A model generated the notes under the pieces. The model was given only the letters and a program-made list of their open reading frames with translations, did no database searches and was not told where the DNA came from. Made by a program: the position numbers and the translations under genes. Below are positions 1 through 9,774 of a DNA stretch of 40,811 bases, piece by piece. How positions within the stretch are numbered: position 1 is the first letter of the stretch; each line of letters starts with the position of its first letter. Origin of the DNA: a virus (taxonomy: Duplodnaviria; Caudoviricetes); IMG/VR virus record IMGVR_UViG_3300024518_004288, positions 1-40,811 of that record; one strand, 5' to 3'.

Positions 1-1699
1 CGTTATAACTCTCTGTAACATTAGATACTAATCCACCAAACACATGCATTCCGGCGTTCCTAAGCATACTGCTTGATCGCATGTCCTTATAATGCTGTTC
101 GGATAGATCTATTTCATCTAGACCAAACTGCTTCATTTCTTCTCTTACTATAGCGCTATTAACCTCTTCGTCATCTGCAAACAATTTCACAAACTTGTTA
201 TTGTTAAGCAGTGAATTTAATGGGCCGATTAATTCGCCAGGCTTCCTAGTCTTGCTCCTTATATACATGTGGATGCCGTCCATAGGCTGAACTATAGACT
301 TACCCAAATAGTGCGATCTGAGCTGGCGGCGAGCATATATCACATCATCATTCTTATTGTCAGCCTTAATAGATCTATTCATCGACTCAACTTTAGCAAC
401 ATATAAGTCCAGAAGATTAAAGATTCTTGTTACCAGCCTGTCTTCTTCTACACCTAGACGCTCTTCTACTGGGAGCTGCCCTAGAACAATGCGAAAGTTA
501 TCTTTATTGAATGGCTCCGGTATGGTTGCCACAGATCCAGTAACTTTGTTAGACGCTATAGATGTTGGGTTAATTTCGAAAATTATTTCTGTAGCATCGG
601 ATGTTGTTAGTGGCGCGGCATTCTGCCCAAGCCCAAAATTATTAGCTATCTTGTTTTTTCGCAACTTCTTTAGCTCATTATCCTTCTCCCGCACTTCTTC
701 AAGTATAGCAGCTGGCCCCCTGTTGGCACCGCCTATCAATCCATCTATACTACCAATACCATTAAATAGATCATCAAACTTCTTTGTTATACTTGCCTGT
801 TCCCGGGTTGCAGCACTAAGAGACGTTTCAACATCATCAGTAGATATTTTAGTAAGATTATAAGGATCCTGAACTGTGAATGATACACTTCCCTCATCAC
901 CCTCAATGCCTAGCGACGAATTCATATCACTCACCAGTGTTAACTCAATAACCCCGCTACCTCTTCCGACATTTACTACATCAGCATCATCACCATCAAC
1001 AACCCAGTTAGTTTGTGTTGCGTGACTAGTTTTTCTAACCATATCGGCTACTTGTTGCATACTTTCTAACATATCCTCTAGATCTGAAATGTCGCTCTTC
1101 AGTCCATTAATCTCAAGTTGTTTTAGTACAGAGGCATCTCCACTCAATGTCTTTAGCTCTGTCTCAGCAACATCTATAGAATTTCTATTAAACTCTCTAA
1201 GTATTTCCCTGGTTTGATCGACTGGTAAGGCATCAAACTCAGAATCTTCTGACACCAATCTTGATAGCTTGGTCAAAGCTTCGTATGCTGCTAGCTGCGA
1301 GCATTTCTTCTCAAATAATATCTTTGTGGCCCTTAGGTATAGCTTCTCGCCACTATCCATAAATCTAGTATCATTTTCGGCCCGCAGCGACCAAAATGCT
1401 CTTTTCTTAATATATACAGTAAGATGCGGTTCCTGAGTAGTAATGCGCCTAGTTTGGATATCGTCAACATTGTCAACGGTTGATCCCAAGAATGCTGTAC
1501 CGGGAACATTGGAGAACCCAGAGTCTACAAATACATTTTCCTTTTGTGGCCGAGGAATTCCGCCTGGCTTTCCAGATAGCCTGTTAAAGTTATCTGTTAT
1601 GCCTTCTTTTATTCTACTAAACTCCTGTGTCATCTTAGTAGAAAAGCTCTCTGCATGATTTTCTCTTACCCCAGCATCACTGCCAAAAATAACTGCCAT
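1..1699 (-). CDS. Putative baseplate hub-like structural protein, 3'-truncated by the window edge (at least 566 aa)
   Basis: Missing from the ORF track because it has no stop in the window. Translated by hand: ATG at 1699 with AGGA upstream, open to position 2 (MAVIFGSDAGVRENHAESF...GSVSFTVQDPY...IVQPMDGIHMYI...HVFGGLVSNVTESYN). The position after the tape measure and tube-initiator-like genes fits a hub; function is inferred from synteny. Confidence 0.6.
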   Translation of the reverse strand, partial: MAVIFGSDAGVRENHAESFSTKMTQEFSRIKEGITDNFNRLSGKPGGIPRPQKENVFVDSGFSNVPGTAFLGSTVDNVDDIQTRRITTQEPHLTVYIKKRAFWSLRAENDTRFMDSGEKLYLRATKILFEKKCSQLAAYEALTKLSRLVSEDSEFDALPVDQTREILREFNRNSIDVAETELKTLSGDASVLKQLEINGLKSDISDLEDMLESMQQVADMVRKTSHATQTNWVVDGDDADVVNVGRGSGVIELTLVSDMNSSLGIEGDEGSVSFTVQDPYNLTKISTDDVETSLSAATREQASITKKFDDLFNGIGSIDGLIGGANRGPAAILEEVREKDNELKKLRKNKIANNFGLGQNAAPLTTSDATEIIFEINPTSIASNKVTGSVATIPEPFNKDNFRIVLGQLPVEERLGVEEDRLVTRIFNLLDLYVAKVESMNRSIKADNKNDDVIYARRQLRSHYLGKSIVQPMDGIHMYIRSKTRKPGELIGPLNSLLNNNKFVKLFADDEEVNSAIVREEMKQFGLDEIDLSEQHYKDMRSSSMLRNAGMHVFGGLVSNVTESYN

Positions 1700-1709
1700 T
1701 TTTAAATCC

Positions 1710-2648
1710 TTATATTAGTAATCCACTTCGTATACTAGAACTTGAAATTGCCCCTGAGGCATCCACACCGGCCTGCGATAATAACGAGCTTCCACCAAAT
1801 GTGTACGGAGCATTCTCCGGGTGGAATTGCTGCGGAGCTTGTTGCTGTAGCCCAATAGCACTTCGTATTGCATTGCCCGTAGCATTCAACAATTGTCCAC
1901 TCAAATCATCAGCAAGAGGCTCACGATGCCACGGCATAAAGTTATCACGCTTTCCTCTAATCTCAGTTGCAGTAAATGATATATTGTAATCAAATAACCC
2001 TAGCTTATTAATACTTTCGTTCATAGTGAATGCCTTGAAATATCCTCGGTACTGAACCCCTTGATAAAACAACATCACGCTTAAAGCCAATGACGCTAGC
2101 GACGGACGTAGAATAAAATTTCTTCGTCGTATAGCTTTTGATATTCTCTCGATTGCATTACCAGCCTCACTACTTTCAAGCTGGGCAGTTTCATCATGTA
2201 ATTCCTGTAATTGTGTAGCAGCAACTAGCTCAAACGTTCTGTTCTCTGCTCTATAAATATCTCGCAGCACATTAATTCCGGCAACCCCAGCAGAACCAGT
2301 AGTCCCTCTTAAAGTAAGCTCTGTCAAATTATCACCCCAGTACTGTACTACAAATCCGCCCTTAGTACGAGTAGCCTCTATCTGTTTAGATTCATTAACA
2401 GAAAACTCTTCTGGATTTATATACATTTGTACATTGGTCCCATTTGGTAATCGCCACGTCATAACCTGTCTATTACGATTAGATATCCCATTGGCCATAC
2501 GTACATTTGGACCAGATGATAAAGCGCTCAGTGCATCACCAACAGCTCCAGCTTGTTCTACTGCAAGTGCGTGTGGCCCCTTTATATTATCGCCTGCCGC
2601 TGATGCCGATGCCGCAGCGCCTGCCATACCTGTTCTGAAGTTAGACAT
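1710..2648 (-). CDS. Putative tail tube initiator / baseplate protein (312 aa)
   Basis: GAGGAG RBS. Segments VQMYINPEEFSVNESKQIEATRTKGGFVVQYWG, LTLRGTTG and YRGYFKAFTMNES...FDYNISF resemble tube-fold baseplate proteins that follow tape measure genes in myoviruses. Confidence 0.65.
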   Translation of the reverse strand: MSNFRTGMAGAAASASAAGDNIKGPHALAVEQAGAVGDALSALSSGPNVRMANGISNRNRQVMTWRLPNGTNVQMYINPEEFSVNESKQIEATRTKGGFVVQYWGDNLTELTLRGTTGSAGVAGINVLRDIYRAENRTFELVAATQLQELHDETAQLESSEAGNAIERISKAIRRRNFILRPSLASLALSVMLFYQGVQYRGYFKAFTMNESINKLGLFDYNISFTATEIRGKRDNFMPWHREPLADDLSGQLLNATGNAIRSAIGLQQQAPQQFHPENAPYTFGGSSLLSQAGVDASGAISSSSIRSGLLI

Positions 2649-2663
2649 ATATACTCCTCGCTA

Positions 2664-5165
2664 TTAGCGTTCAAGTCCTGTTACATTCTTCTCGTGTTTA
2701 ATTTCGCCCTTAATCTTTTTTGACATTGCCTCTTTATCTATCGTAATCTTTACAGACTCTTCTCCCCCGATGACATTTATCTTTACATCTAAATCAACAG
2801 GACCGAAGTCCACACTCAATTTTCTCTTTTCTTCCACAGCTACTACCTTGTTCACTGGAGCCTGTGGAAACTGATCTGGCGCTGGCAACTTAGGACCTAC
2901 ACCTGGCTGATCGGAGAACCTGCCTCTATTGATTGCCGGTAGAAGATCACGCTGTTCAGGCTCTTTTTCTTTTAGCGAGGCCGTCACTTCGTTAAACTTT
3001 TTAATAAGCTCTTGAACTTGTTCGTCCGATATTCCACCAGACCTCATATCTCTAACAGCTACACTGGTACGTTGAAATTGCTGGCCCAATGAAGATGTAG
3101 GCCTGTCATCTGTACCACGAGCAGCAGGTGTTGGCTCACGAGGTTCTTTAGACCTATCTATATCACGAACAGTAGGCGTTGTATCACGGGGCTCTTTAGA
3201 TCCTATTGAGGCATCAATAGCTTTGCCCAGTGCGCCGGAAACTGTTCCAACCATATCCGCCATAACCCTTGGTGGAAGTTTACCAGCAGCCATCTGATTT
3301 CGCTCTTTCTTGGTAACGTCCCCAACACCCTCAATATACATTTCGCCAGCCTTCTTGGCAGCTATAGCATTGTCGCGCATAGACTTTCGCAACTCGGTCA
3401 TCTCTAGCGCAAGATTGGCATTTTTTACATTTCGCTGGGCACCAACTAGTCGCTCGACTGCCTGCTTGCGCTTGGGATCATCTGGCGCCATAGCATCCAA
3501 TCTAGACCTAGCATTCCTTGCACTAATATTTGCCCCTGATACTCTATCCTCGGCATCCTTTATATCTCCGGCTCTAAACTTTCCACGCTGATTAACAACA
3601 TCAAACTGCTTACTAGCGCCTCCAATGGCTCTGTCAACACCAAGCCCCTCAGCAAGGCTATTCACAGAGCTAACAATATCTTCACCAGAACTAAGTACCT
3701 GCGACTCCACTCTCACCTGAGCCTTCACCATTAGATCTGTTGTCTGTTCTTGTACAGCCTCGCCTGATCCCATAAGCTCATTAAACTTTTCTTTTGCATC
3801 CTGAGTGCCCTTCATGCCGCCTTCATCAATAGACTTTAAAACATGCATCATTTGTGTTGCTTCTTGCTGACTAACCCCGGCTGTTTGCATAAGTAGCTTT
3901 CTCTGAAGAACAAATTGCATCTCTAGACCAGGATCAGCTATAGCTTCTTCTCGTGTTATTATTCCCCCACCACCACCAAACTGCTTTAATGTGCTGGTGA
4001 AGCTTTCCATTATTTTTTCCATTCCCTCTGGGCCACCCTCTAGTGCGGCCTCCATCTCAAGCCCCGCGCCCAGTGCACCTTTTCCTGATACACCTGGTGT
4101 CTGCATACCCATGAATGCTCGTGTTGATAAATCCATGCCGCCTAACCCGCCCACAAATTTCTTGACCAGATCCGGCGCAAATTTTCCTTTTCCAATAGCA
4201 CTCAAGCTTTCGGAAAACGTATTGAAAATAGGAGTAACAGCATTAACTGAGCCTCCCCACAGCTTAATAGATTGAGTTGCTTCCATTACCGTTTCTGCTG
4301 TTTTTTGAAAGCTAAAGCCTGACCCCTCAGCCGCTGAGCGTATATGACCAAGGTTAAGCACAGCTTCATCCGCATTATCGTTAAATTCCATTACAGCTGT
4401 ATTTATTAGGCCGGCAACAGCACCTGGGTCAGTCCCTGTAGCTGCACCAACTAAAATAGCAGCATTGACTGCGTTAATAGATGTCTTTAACTTTACATGC
4501 GCCGACTCTAGATTCGACAGATTCATAAACTGTTCAGACGACCCAAGAGACTCCTTCATGGCATCTTGAACTTTATATACCTCATCTGACAGTGTATTCG
4601 TGGTACGAGTTGTTTCAGTCATACTTTTACTAAATGCATTGACGCCCTTATTAGCATCTTTAAAAGTAGCACCTAGGTTAATTCCAAGCTGTAATGCCTG
4701 TCGCCTTGCGGCTAACAACGGTTTCTGCAAATTCTCTATTACGTTACTAAACTCACCTACTCCCTTCTTTACAGCAAATGCAGCCATAACAGGGCCGCCA
4801 GATCCAAGAAGATTCTTTAAATCCTTATATACGACTCCAGTCGCATCGGCTGCGCCCTTGCTAGATTTACCCAGATTGGTCATACTGGCGCTAGCTCTTG
4901 AGGTCGCTTGATCAATATTACCCTCAACATTAAGTTTTATATTAGAGTTTTTCTTAAGCTCGCCACTCGCTTTACTAAAGGCACCCATAGTCGAATTAAG
5001 CTGGCTGGCCATATCAGAGCTACCAATAATAGCTGTGAACTTGGCTCCGCCGGCTACAGCATCATCAAGATTTTTAGCCAGAGTTTCGGCACCGCTAGCA
5101 GCAGCATTTATATTGTTAATCGCCTCGTCGTCTATTATGGGGCCAGTATCTGTCGCGTCAGCCAT
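2664..5165 (-). CDS. Tail tape measure protein (833 aa)
   Basis: Ala/Gly/Ser-rich, predicted alpha-helical, and immediately downstream of the sheath, tube and frameshifted chaperone genes. Confidence 0.75.
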   Translation of the reverse strand: MADATDTGPIIDDEAINNINAAASGAETLAKNLDDAVAGGAKFTAIIGSSDMASQLNSTMGAFSKASGELKKNSNIKLNVEGNIDQATSRASASMTNLGKSSKGAADATGVVYKDLKNLLGSGGPVMAAFAVKKGVGEFSNVIENLQKPLLAARRQALQLGINLGATFKDANKGVNAFSKSMTETTRTTNTLSDEVYKVQDAMKESLGSSEQFMNLSNLESAHVKLKTSINAVNAAILVGAATGTDPGAVAGLINTAVMEFNDNADEAVLNLGHIRSAAEGSGFSFQKTAETVMEATQSIKLWGGSVNAVTPIFNTFSESLSAIGKGKFAPDLVKKFVGGLGGMDLSTRAFMGMQTPGVSGKGALGAGLEMEAALEGGPEGMEKIMESFTSTLKQFGGGGGIITREEAIADPGLEMQFVLQRKLLMQTAGVSQQEATQMMHVLKSIDEGGMKGTQDAKEKFNELMGSGEAVQEQTTDLMVKAQVRVESQVLSSGEDIVSSVNSLAEGLGVDRAIGGASKQFDVVNQRGKFRAGDIKDAEDRVSGANISARNARSRLDAMAPDDPKRKQAVERLVGAQRNVKNANLALEMTELRKSMRDNAIAAKKAGEMYIEGVGDVTKKERNQMAAGKLPPRVMADMVGTVSGALGKAIDASIGSKEPRDTTPTVRDIDRSKEPREPTPAARGTDDRPTSSLGQQFQRTSVAVRDMRSGGISDEQVQELIKKFNEVTASLKEKEPEQRDLLPAINRGRFSDQPGVGPKLPAPDQFPQAPVNKVVAVEEKRKLSVDFGPVDLDVKINVIGGEESVKITIDKEAMSKKIKGEIKHEKNVTGLER

Positions 5166-5169
5166 TCAT

Positions 5170-5592
5170 TTACTCCAAATTTACATCCATCCAGTCTTTA
5201 TATGTTGTGCTGCTTTCGCCACCATCTTGTAAACCCTTCATTACAGATTTAGGACTAGCCGCGTGCATTTTTCCATCACCGCGCTTCATGTCCTTTGGGA
5301 ACTCACGCCCAAAGATATGCTTCATACCTTGTCCAAATTCCTTATCGGACACCTTGACTGAATCATCTCTGGCGCCCCTAATTCTTTGAACTGCCTCAGG
5401 ATTAGAGAAACTAGCCAGGTACTCAGTCATATCTCGTCTTTTAGAGTACCCCTCTTCCTCGTCTTTTATGAAATTGTGGAGATACCAATGCCACTGCCCC
5501 AGATTTATGCGGCTAAACATTTCGTGGTCTACGGGCACATTCCACACTTTACAAAGTTTCCAGCGGAGCCGATGCCAGGGCTCCTCTACGAT
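5170..5592 (-). CDS. Tail assembly chaperone C-terminal (T) part, read by -1 frameshift from the upstream gene (fusion about 342 aa)
   Basis: The -1 frame relative to 5586..6197 is open from the A AAA AAA site: IVEEPWHRLRWKLCKVWNVPVDHEMF...; the ORF-track start at 5547 is an internal GTG. Confidence 0.8.
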   Translation of the reverse strand: MVEEPWHRLRWKLCKVWNVPVDHEMFSRINLGQWHWYLHNFIKDEEEGYSKRRDMTEYLASFSNPEAVQRIRGARDDSVKVSDKEFGQGMKHIFGREFPKDMKRGDGKMHAASPKSVMKGLQDGGESSTTYKDWMDVNLE

Positions 5593-5598
5593 TTTTTT
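5565..5598 (-). promoter_or_regulatory. Programmed -1 ribosomal frameshift signal (slippery heptamer plus 3' hairpin)
   Basis: Minus strand reads ATA AAA AAA TCG TAG. Heptamer A_AAA_AAA at 5598-5592, 7-nt spacer TCGTAGA, then stem GGAGCC-CTGGCATC-GGCTCC at 5584-5565. Confidence 0.8.
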
Positions 5599-6197
5599 AT
5601 TTCGTCGCCATCTTCTAGTAGTGTATTACTATCCTCTACTAGTTGCTCGTACTCGTCATGTAATTTAGATACTATCGCCAACTGAATGTTGTCAACAATG
5701 GACATTCTACGATGATAATCACTTTCGAACTCACCATCTATATGTATTTCATTTATATCTACATCGTCAACTGATCTCAACGCATTAGCTAGAGTTAAAA
5801 TTCTTATGGTAAACAAATCTGCTGCGTCGCCAAAACTATACATCATTTTTACAACTTGGCTGTGCTCTCGATGAGTCATAGTACTCAACTCGAATTTGTG
5901 CCCCATTATTTCAACTTCTTTTGTTGCCCGTCCCATAAAAATGAGATTTTCCAAAGTTCTGCTTTTGTCCACAGGCTTACCCTCTGGGATTGGAAATTGT
6001 GCAGAGTTATCAGAATACTGTGGCACAGGTGACTTCGGCTTCTCAAATTGACTAAGGTGATCGTCTAGATCGTCATGCATAGGCATTTCGTCTACTCGCT
6101 CCTCGGTGGGGTCATCTACTATATATGTTTTTGGCGCAGCAATAGGTGCCGCCGGATCTCTACTTTTACGCATCGATGGATGTGTTATCTTAACCAT
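5586..6197 (-). CDS. Tail assembly chaperone (lambda gpG analogue, 203 aa)
   Basis: Lies between tube and tape measure genes, is acidic, ends in ...DEIKKS at a slippery site, and has an AGGAGG RBS. Confidence 0.75.
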   Translation of the reverse strand: MVKITHPSMRKSRDPAAPIAAPKTYIVDDPTEERVDEMPMHDDLDDHLSQFEKPKSPVPQYSDNSAQFPIPEGKPVDKSRTLENLIFMGRATKEVEIMGHKFELSTMTHREHSQVVKMMYSFGDAADLFTIRILTLANALRSVDDVDINEIHIDGEFESDYHRRMSIVDNIQLAIVSKLHDEYEQLVEDSNTLLEDGDEIKKS

Positions 6198-6242
6198 AAC
6201 TTTCCTCCTGTATTTTAACGGATGTGTGATGAAGCATACACC

Positions 6243-6266
6243 TGCCCGACTACCTTAAATCGGGCA
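6243..6266. other. Intergenic stem-loop between the tube and chaperone genes
   Basis: TGCCCGA (6243-6249) pairs with TCGGGCA (6260-6266) around a 10-nt loop. There is no U-tract, so it is not a canonical intrinsic terminator. Confidence 0.4.
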
Positions 6267-6335
6267 CATGAATGTTCGTATTTATTTGGGTAAATAGTGA
6301 TTGGTGGGAACTTACTCATTTGGATTCTTTACTGT

Positions 6336-7004
6336 TTAGGCCTCGGTGCGTTCAAAGAATGAATTAACCAAACCAGAGGCATCAAGAGAACCAAGACGCT
6401 TGCCGGAGTTAACTTGTCTTTCAACTCCTCCACCATCAGTTGAAGCTTGTAGCCCACGTATACCACCACTATTCGGGATATCTTCTTCAGCAGCAGGACC
6501 AGTGAGGAATGCAGTTTCTGCCCAAATACTAGCAGTTTCAGTAATAACATAGTTATCTGCTCGATATGGTGTCTCATAGTTGGTAAACCAACAATTCTTA
6601 TAGGTCATTGCCACTATGCCCTCAGGGCCAGTTGAAATATCTACGTTTTCACCAGTAAAGCTGATATCCATAATTTCAATATCAAATGGAATACGCTGTG
6701 CGCCGATGAATCTGAACCCTCTGGAGAATGCCTCCGTAAGGCGTAGCTGATCGAACACAACTCGCTCTGCTCTCAGATCATACGTTGTAGCTTGGTTAGG
6801 AACAATTTCAATGATACCATCAGTTCCAACCTCCTTGATACGCTCCAGGTTACGAGTTTGCGAGACCGTTAAGCCTTGCAACGCGCCGACCGGATTGTTA
6901 CCAACCTTAATAATAATCTGAGTTGATAGCGTTGAGTTGGTACGACTAGCACCATCAGAATTATCCAACTGAGATTGAGTATTTGGAGTTTGTGTGAGTG
7001 TCAT
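6336..7004 (-). CDS. Tail tube protein (222 aa)
   Basis: Directly follows the sheath gene. Beta-rich pattern IIIKVGNNPVGALQGLTVSQTRNLERIKEVG...YKNCWFTNY...VITETASIWAE is typical of contractile tail tubes. AGGAG RBS. Confidence 0.8.
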   Translation of the reverse strand: MTLTQTPNTQSQLDNSDGASRTNSTLSTQIIIKVGNNPVGALQGLTVSQTRNLERIKEVGTDGIIEIVPNQATTYDLRAERVVFDQLRLTEAFSRGFRFIGAQRIPFDIEIMDISFTGENVDISTGPEGIVAMTYKNCWFTNYETPYRADNYVITETASIWAETAFLTGPAAEEDIPNSGGIRGLQASTDGGGVERQVNSGKRLGSLDASGLVNSFFERTEA

Positions 7005-7048
7005 ATTAGTTTATCTCCTAATTAAATTATCTTACAATCTAGATGTGT

Positions 7049-9622
7049 TTAGAAAACTCCTACGCTAATGTCAACGAAGATCCAGTTAACCGGGAATGCA
7101 GGCTGAACTTCAACACTTACATTCCATTGTCGTGGTTCAACCGCGTCTCTAGTGACATTTAGGTTTCTGAAGTTTACTAACAATCCTTGAGTTGCCAAAG
7201 CCTGAAGGGCCTTAGTAACAACTGTAGTGATAGATGCAGTTAGAGTAGGATCTTCGGGTATTCCGATAAATCCACGTAGTACATCTCTTAGCACTGTAGC
7301 TGTACGATCACGAATGAACACAACCGAAAGCTCTTCTTCTGCAGCTTGGCCGCCAGAAGTTGTTGTTTTACCCAACAATACCTGTCCGCCACCTACAACC
7401 GGTGTAACAACTGCAACACCAACATTGCCTAGCTCGTTAGCTAGAGATGGAGATAGCAGTCTATCACGTAGGATTGTAAATCCAATTAGAACCTTACGAG
7501 TCAGTGGGATGGCAACGTTTTGCTGTGCGGATAAGAACCCACCAGCAGCTGCAGCCATATAGAATCCATGTAGGAATGTTCTGGTTCCTGAGATTACCCT
7601 AACAATCTGGTCAGGCCACAGGTACAGAACTCTAAATGTTCCACCATAATTGGTTACAACGCTGAAGTCCTGAAGATCCTCAATGTCTCCAGCAAGAAGC
7701 TCATCTGCAGCATCTCCCTGAATTCCTTCAACGACACCGATATCTTCTACGGCCACCAGCTCTCTTCCAGCCAACGCCGCATTAGTAACACCAGTTTGTG
7801 CACCAGTTAACAGCACGCGCTCTCGTTGGTTAGCAGTATTACTCATAAGCTCAACATGAGCCCGTCCAGCTTGCTGAATTGCACTAAACGAACTATCCGG
7901 CAACGGAACAACAATCTGGCAGTTAACCGCCTCTAGTGCCTCGTATGCCGCAGCCCAGTTGCTATCAAAGAAGTCAGCATCCTCAGCATCAATGTAGGTA
8001 GCTCTTATCCCGTCACGAACGCTGATAGTTCCACCTGTTGATAGGTCGGTCGTCAACAGCAATCTAGCCGATGTGTCCGCAGGATCAACAAGCTCCCAAA
8101 CCAGATCAGTAAATGTTCTAGTAAATGGTAGCGTGCCACCCTCAGATGGATTAGTTAGTGTAACTAGTGAGTCATCACCAGTTCCATCACCGACGGTAGA
8201 GATATCATAAGTACCTGCTACATCGCTAGTGTCATTTCCAAACTTATCTCTGTTGAAAACTCTAATCTGCTTAAGAGTATCAGACTCTCCGGTAACCAAG
8301 TTAACCGAAGCAAACGATGCAGAATCAGCGGTAAATACACTGGATCCCGTAGTCGTTGAGCCATCAGTTCCCTCGTCCTCAACCTCGCTAGCCAGAATAA
8401 CCGTATAACTAAATGTATGATTCGGACTATCTATAAAGTTATTATACGGATCAGCTGTAATCACAGCATCAAAGAAGCTAACTTTTGTTGGGAAGATTTG
8501 TGTTTCAGATCCATCAGTGCGGTCTATAATAAGAATGTTAACAGAAGAATCTGTATCCGGGACACCACCATCTAGAGTGTATCTAAATGCCTCTATATCT
8601 GAAGAGGTAATCGGAGCGCCCACTGGAGGGAATCCTTCAGTCGTAGCAGTAAGTAGATCATCACTTGCTATCAAAACCTCACTTGTTCTACGGGGAGTCG
8701 GAGGCTTAGCCTGTACAGCCAGAACACCGAATGAACCATTCTCAAATGCCATAGCAGAGCCCAACGACAATGTATTAGCCGCCGTCGGTTGGCCATGCTT
8801 AGCAAATAGTGCGTTTGAGTCAATGAAGAACTCTGGATCATTAAGATCGATTGCCGCAATATATCGGGCCTCTAGAACATCTCCTCGAACCAAAACTCCA
8901 CTGTCTACACGAATTGTATATCTATCTCCACGATCAAATGGAGTCACTCCCTCAGTAATGGCCATTCTTAAAATACCATTATCTCGAATTGTGCCATCAC
9001 TTAAAAATACAACGGGAGCGCCGTATGCATCAACAGGCTGACCTGACTCAGAACCAGTAGCTGTAAAAACAGCATTCTCTGGAAGTGGGTCGCCGTACGC
9101 ATCACGAATTACACTGGTAACTCTTAGCGTCCATGTTTCTGTGGGAGCGTTTGCATCGATTAACTCTAGTGATGCAATTGTGCCATCACCAACATTGCTT
9201 GACCCAGGTACGAAAAACGTTCCACCTTGATCTACCAGGTGCGCGCGCTGAAGCTCTACTCTACCCGTTGCGGGTTCTAGTCTAAATCCATACTTGCTAT
9301 CAAATACGTTTGTATCAATGGTCGCCTCTACTCCAGTAAGAGGAACGCCGTTCTTCAGTATAGCGGTTCTTTGTGCAGTAAGACTGATACTTGCTAGCTG
9401 AAAGTGTCGGCCATCTGGAGCATTAGATGCCTGGAAATCAGGATTAACGCCATCAGCGCCGCTACCTTCTGCCTCCAAAACAACTGTCTCTTCGGCTTGA
9501 CCTAAGCCTACGATTGCTAGAATGCGCAATCCGCCTGGGATCGCAATGGATCGGCGGATAGTTCTAACTCGTGAAAATACGCCGGGTTGTACAAAGCCGC
9601 TCAGGCCTGGAATATTTGCCAT
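7049..9622 (-). CDS. Contractile tail sheath protein (857 aa) with inserted domains
   Basis: N-terminal PGVFSR motif. Sheath-type C-terminus (EELSVVFIRDRTATVLRDVLRGFIG...WNVSVEVQPAFPVNWIFVDISV). Sits upstream of the tube gene. Confidence 0.85.
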   Translation of the reverse strand: MANIPGLSGFVQPGVFSRVRTIRRSIAIPGGLRILAIVGLGQAEETVVLEAEGSGADGVNPDFQASNAPDGRHFQLASISLTAQRTAILKNGVPLTGVEATIDTNVFDSKYGFRLEPATGRVELQRAHLVDQGGTFFVPGSSNVGDGTIASLELIDANAPTETWTLRVTSVIRDAYGDPLPENAVFTATGSESGQPVDAYGAPVVFLSDGTIRDNGILRMAITEGVTPFDRGDRYTIRVDSGVLVRGDVLEARYIAAIDLNDPEFFIDSNALFAKHGQPTAANTLSLGSAMAFENGSFGVLAVQAKPPTPRRTSEVLIASDDLLTATTEGFPPVGAPITSSDIEAFRYTLDGGVPDTDSSVNILIIDRTDGSETQIFPTKVSFFDAVITADPYNNFIDSPNHTFSYTVILASEVEDEGTDGSTTTGSSVFTADSASFASVNLVTGESDTLKQIRVFNRDKFGNDTSDVAGTYDISTVGDGTGDDSLVTLTNPSEGGTLPFTRTFTDLVWELVDPADTSARLLLTTDLSTGGTISVRDGIRATYIDAEDADFFDSNWAAAYEALEAVNCQIVVPLPDSSFSAIQQAGRAHVELMSNTANQRERVLLTGAQTGVTNAALAGRELVAVEDIGVVEGIQGDAADELLAGDIEDLQDFSVVTNYGGTFRVLYLWPDQIVRVISGTRTFLHGFYMAAAAGGFLSAQQNVAIPLTRKVLIGFTILRDRLLSPSLANELGNVGVAVVTPVVGGGQVLLGKTTTSGGQAAEEELSVVFIRDRTATVLRDVLRGFIGIPEDPTLTASITTVVTKALQALATQGLLVNFRNLNVTRDAVEPRQWNVSVEVQPAFPVNWIFVDISVGVF

Positions 9623-9732
9623 TTTTAAATGCTCCTATTAACTTTTAGTTTATCTTGCGCACTTACTTTAAATTCCCCGGTCTAAAAAACGTCAATTACT
9701 ATGCATACTTCCGTCAATAATACACGATTTTG

Positions 9733-9772
9733 GGTATACTTCTGTCTACATCTAATGTGGTAATATTAATAG
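9733..9772 (-). promoter_or_regulatory. Candidate phage late promoter element upstream of the sheath gene
   Basis: CTATTAATATT-N21-AGTATACC on the minus strand; the same bipartite arrangement recurs at 36096-36135. Confidence 0.5.
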
Positions 9773-9774
9773 AT

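Noticed and set aside
6329-6577. 82-aa minus-strand ORF overlapping the tube gene, and similar nested ORFs at 8671, 20842 and 35769
   Set aside because: Alternative-frame ORFs nested in well-supported genes, with no independent support.
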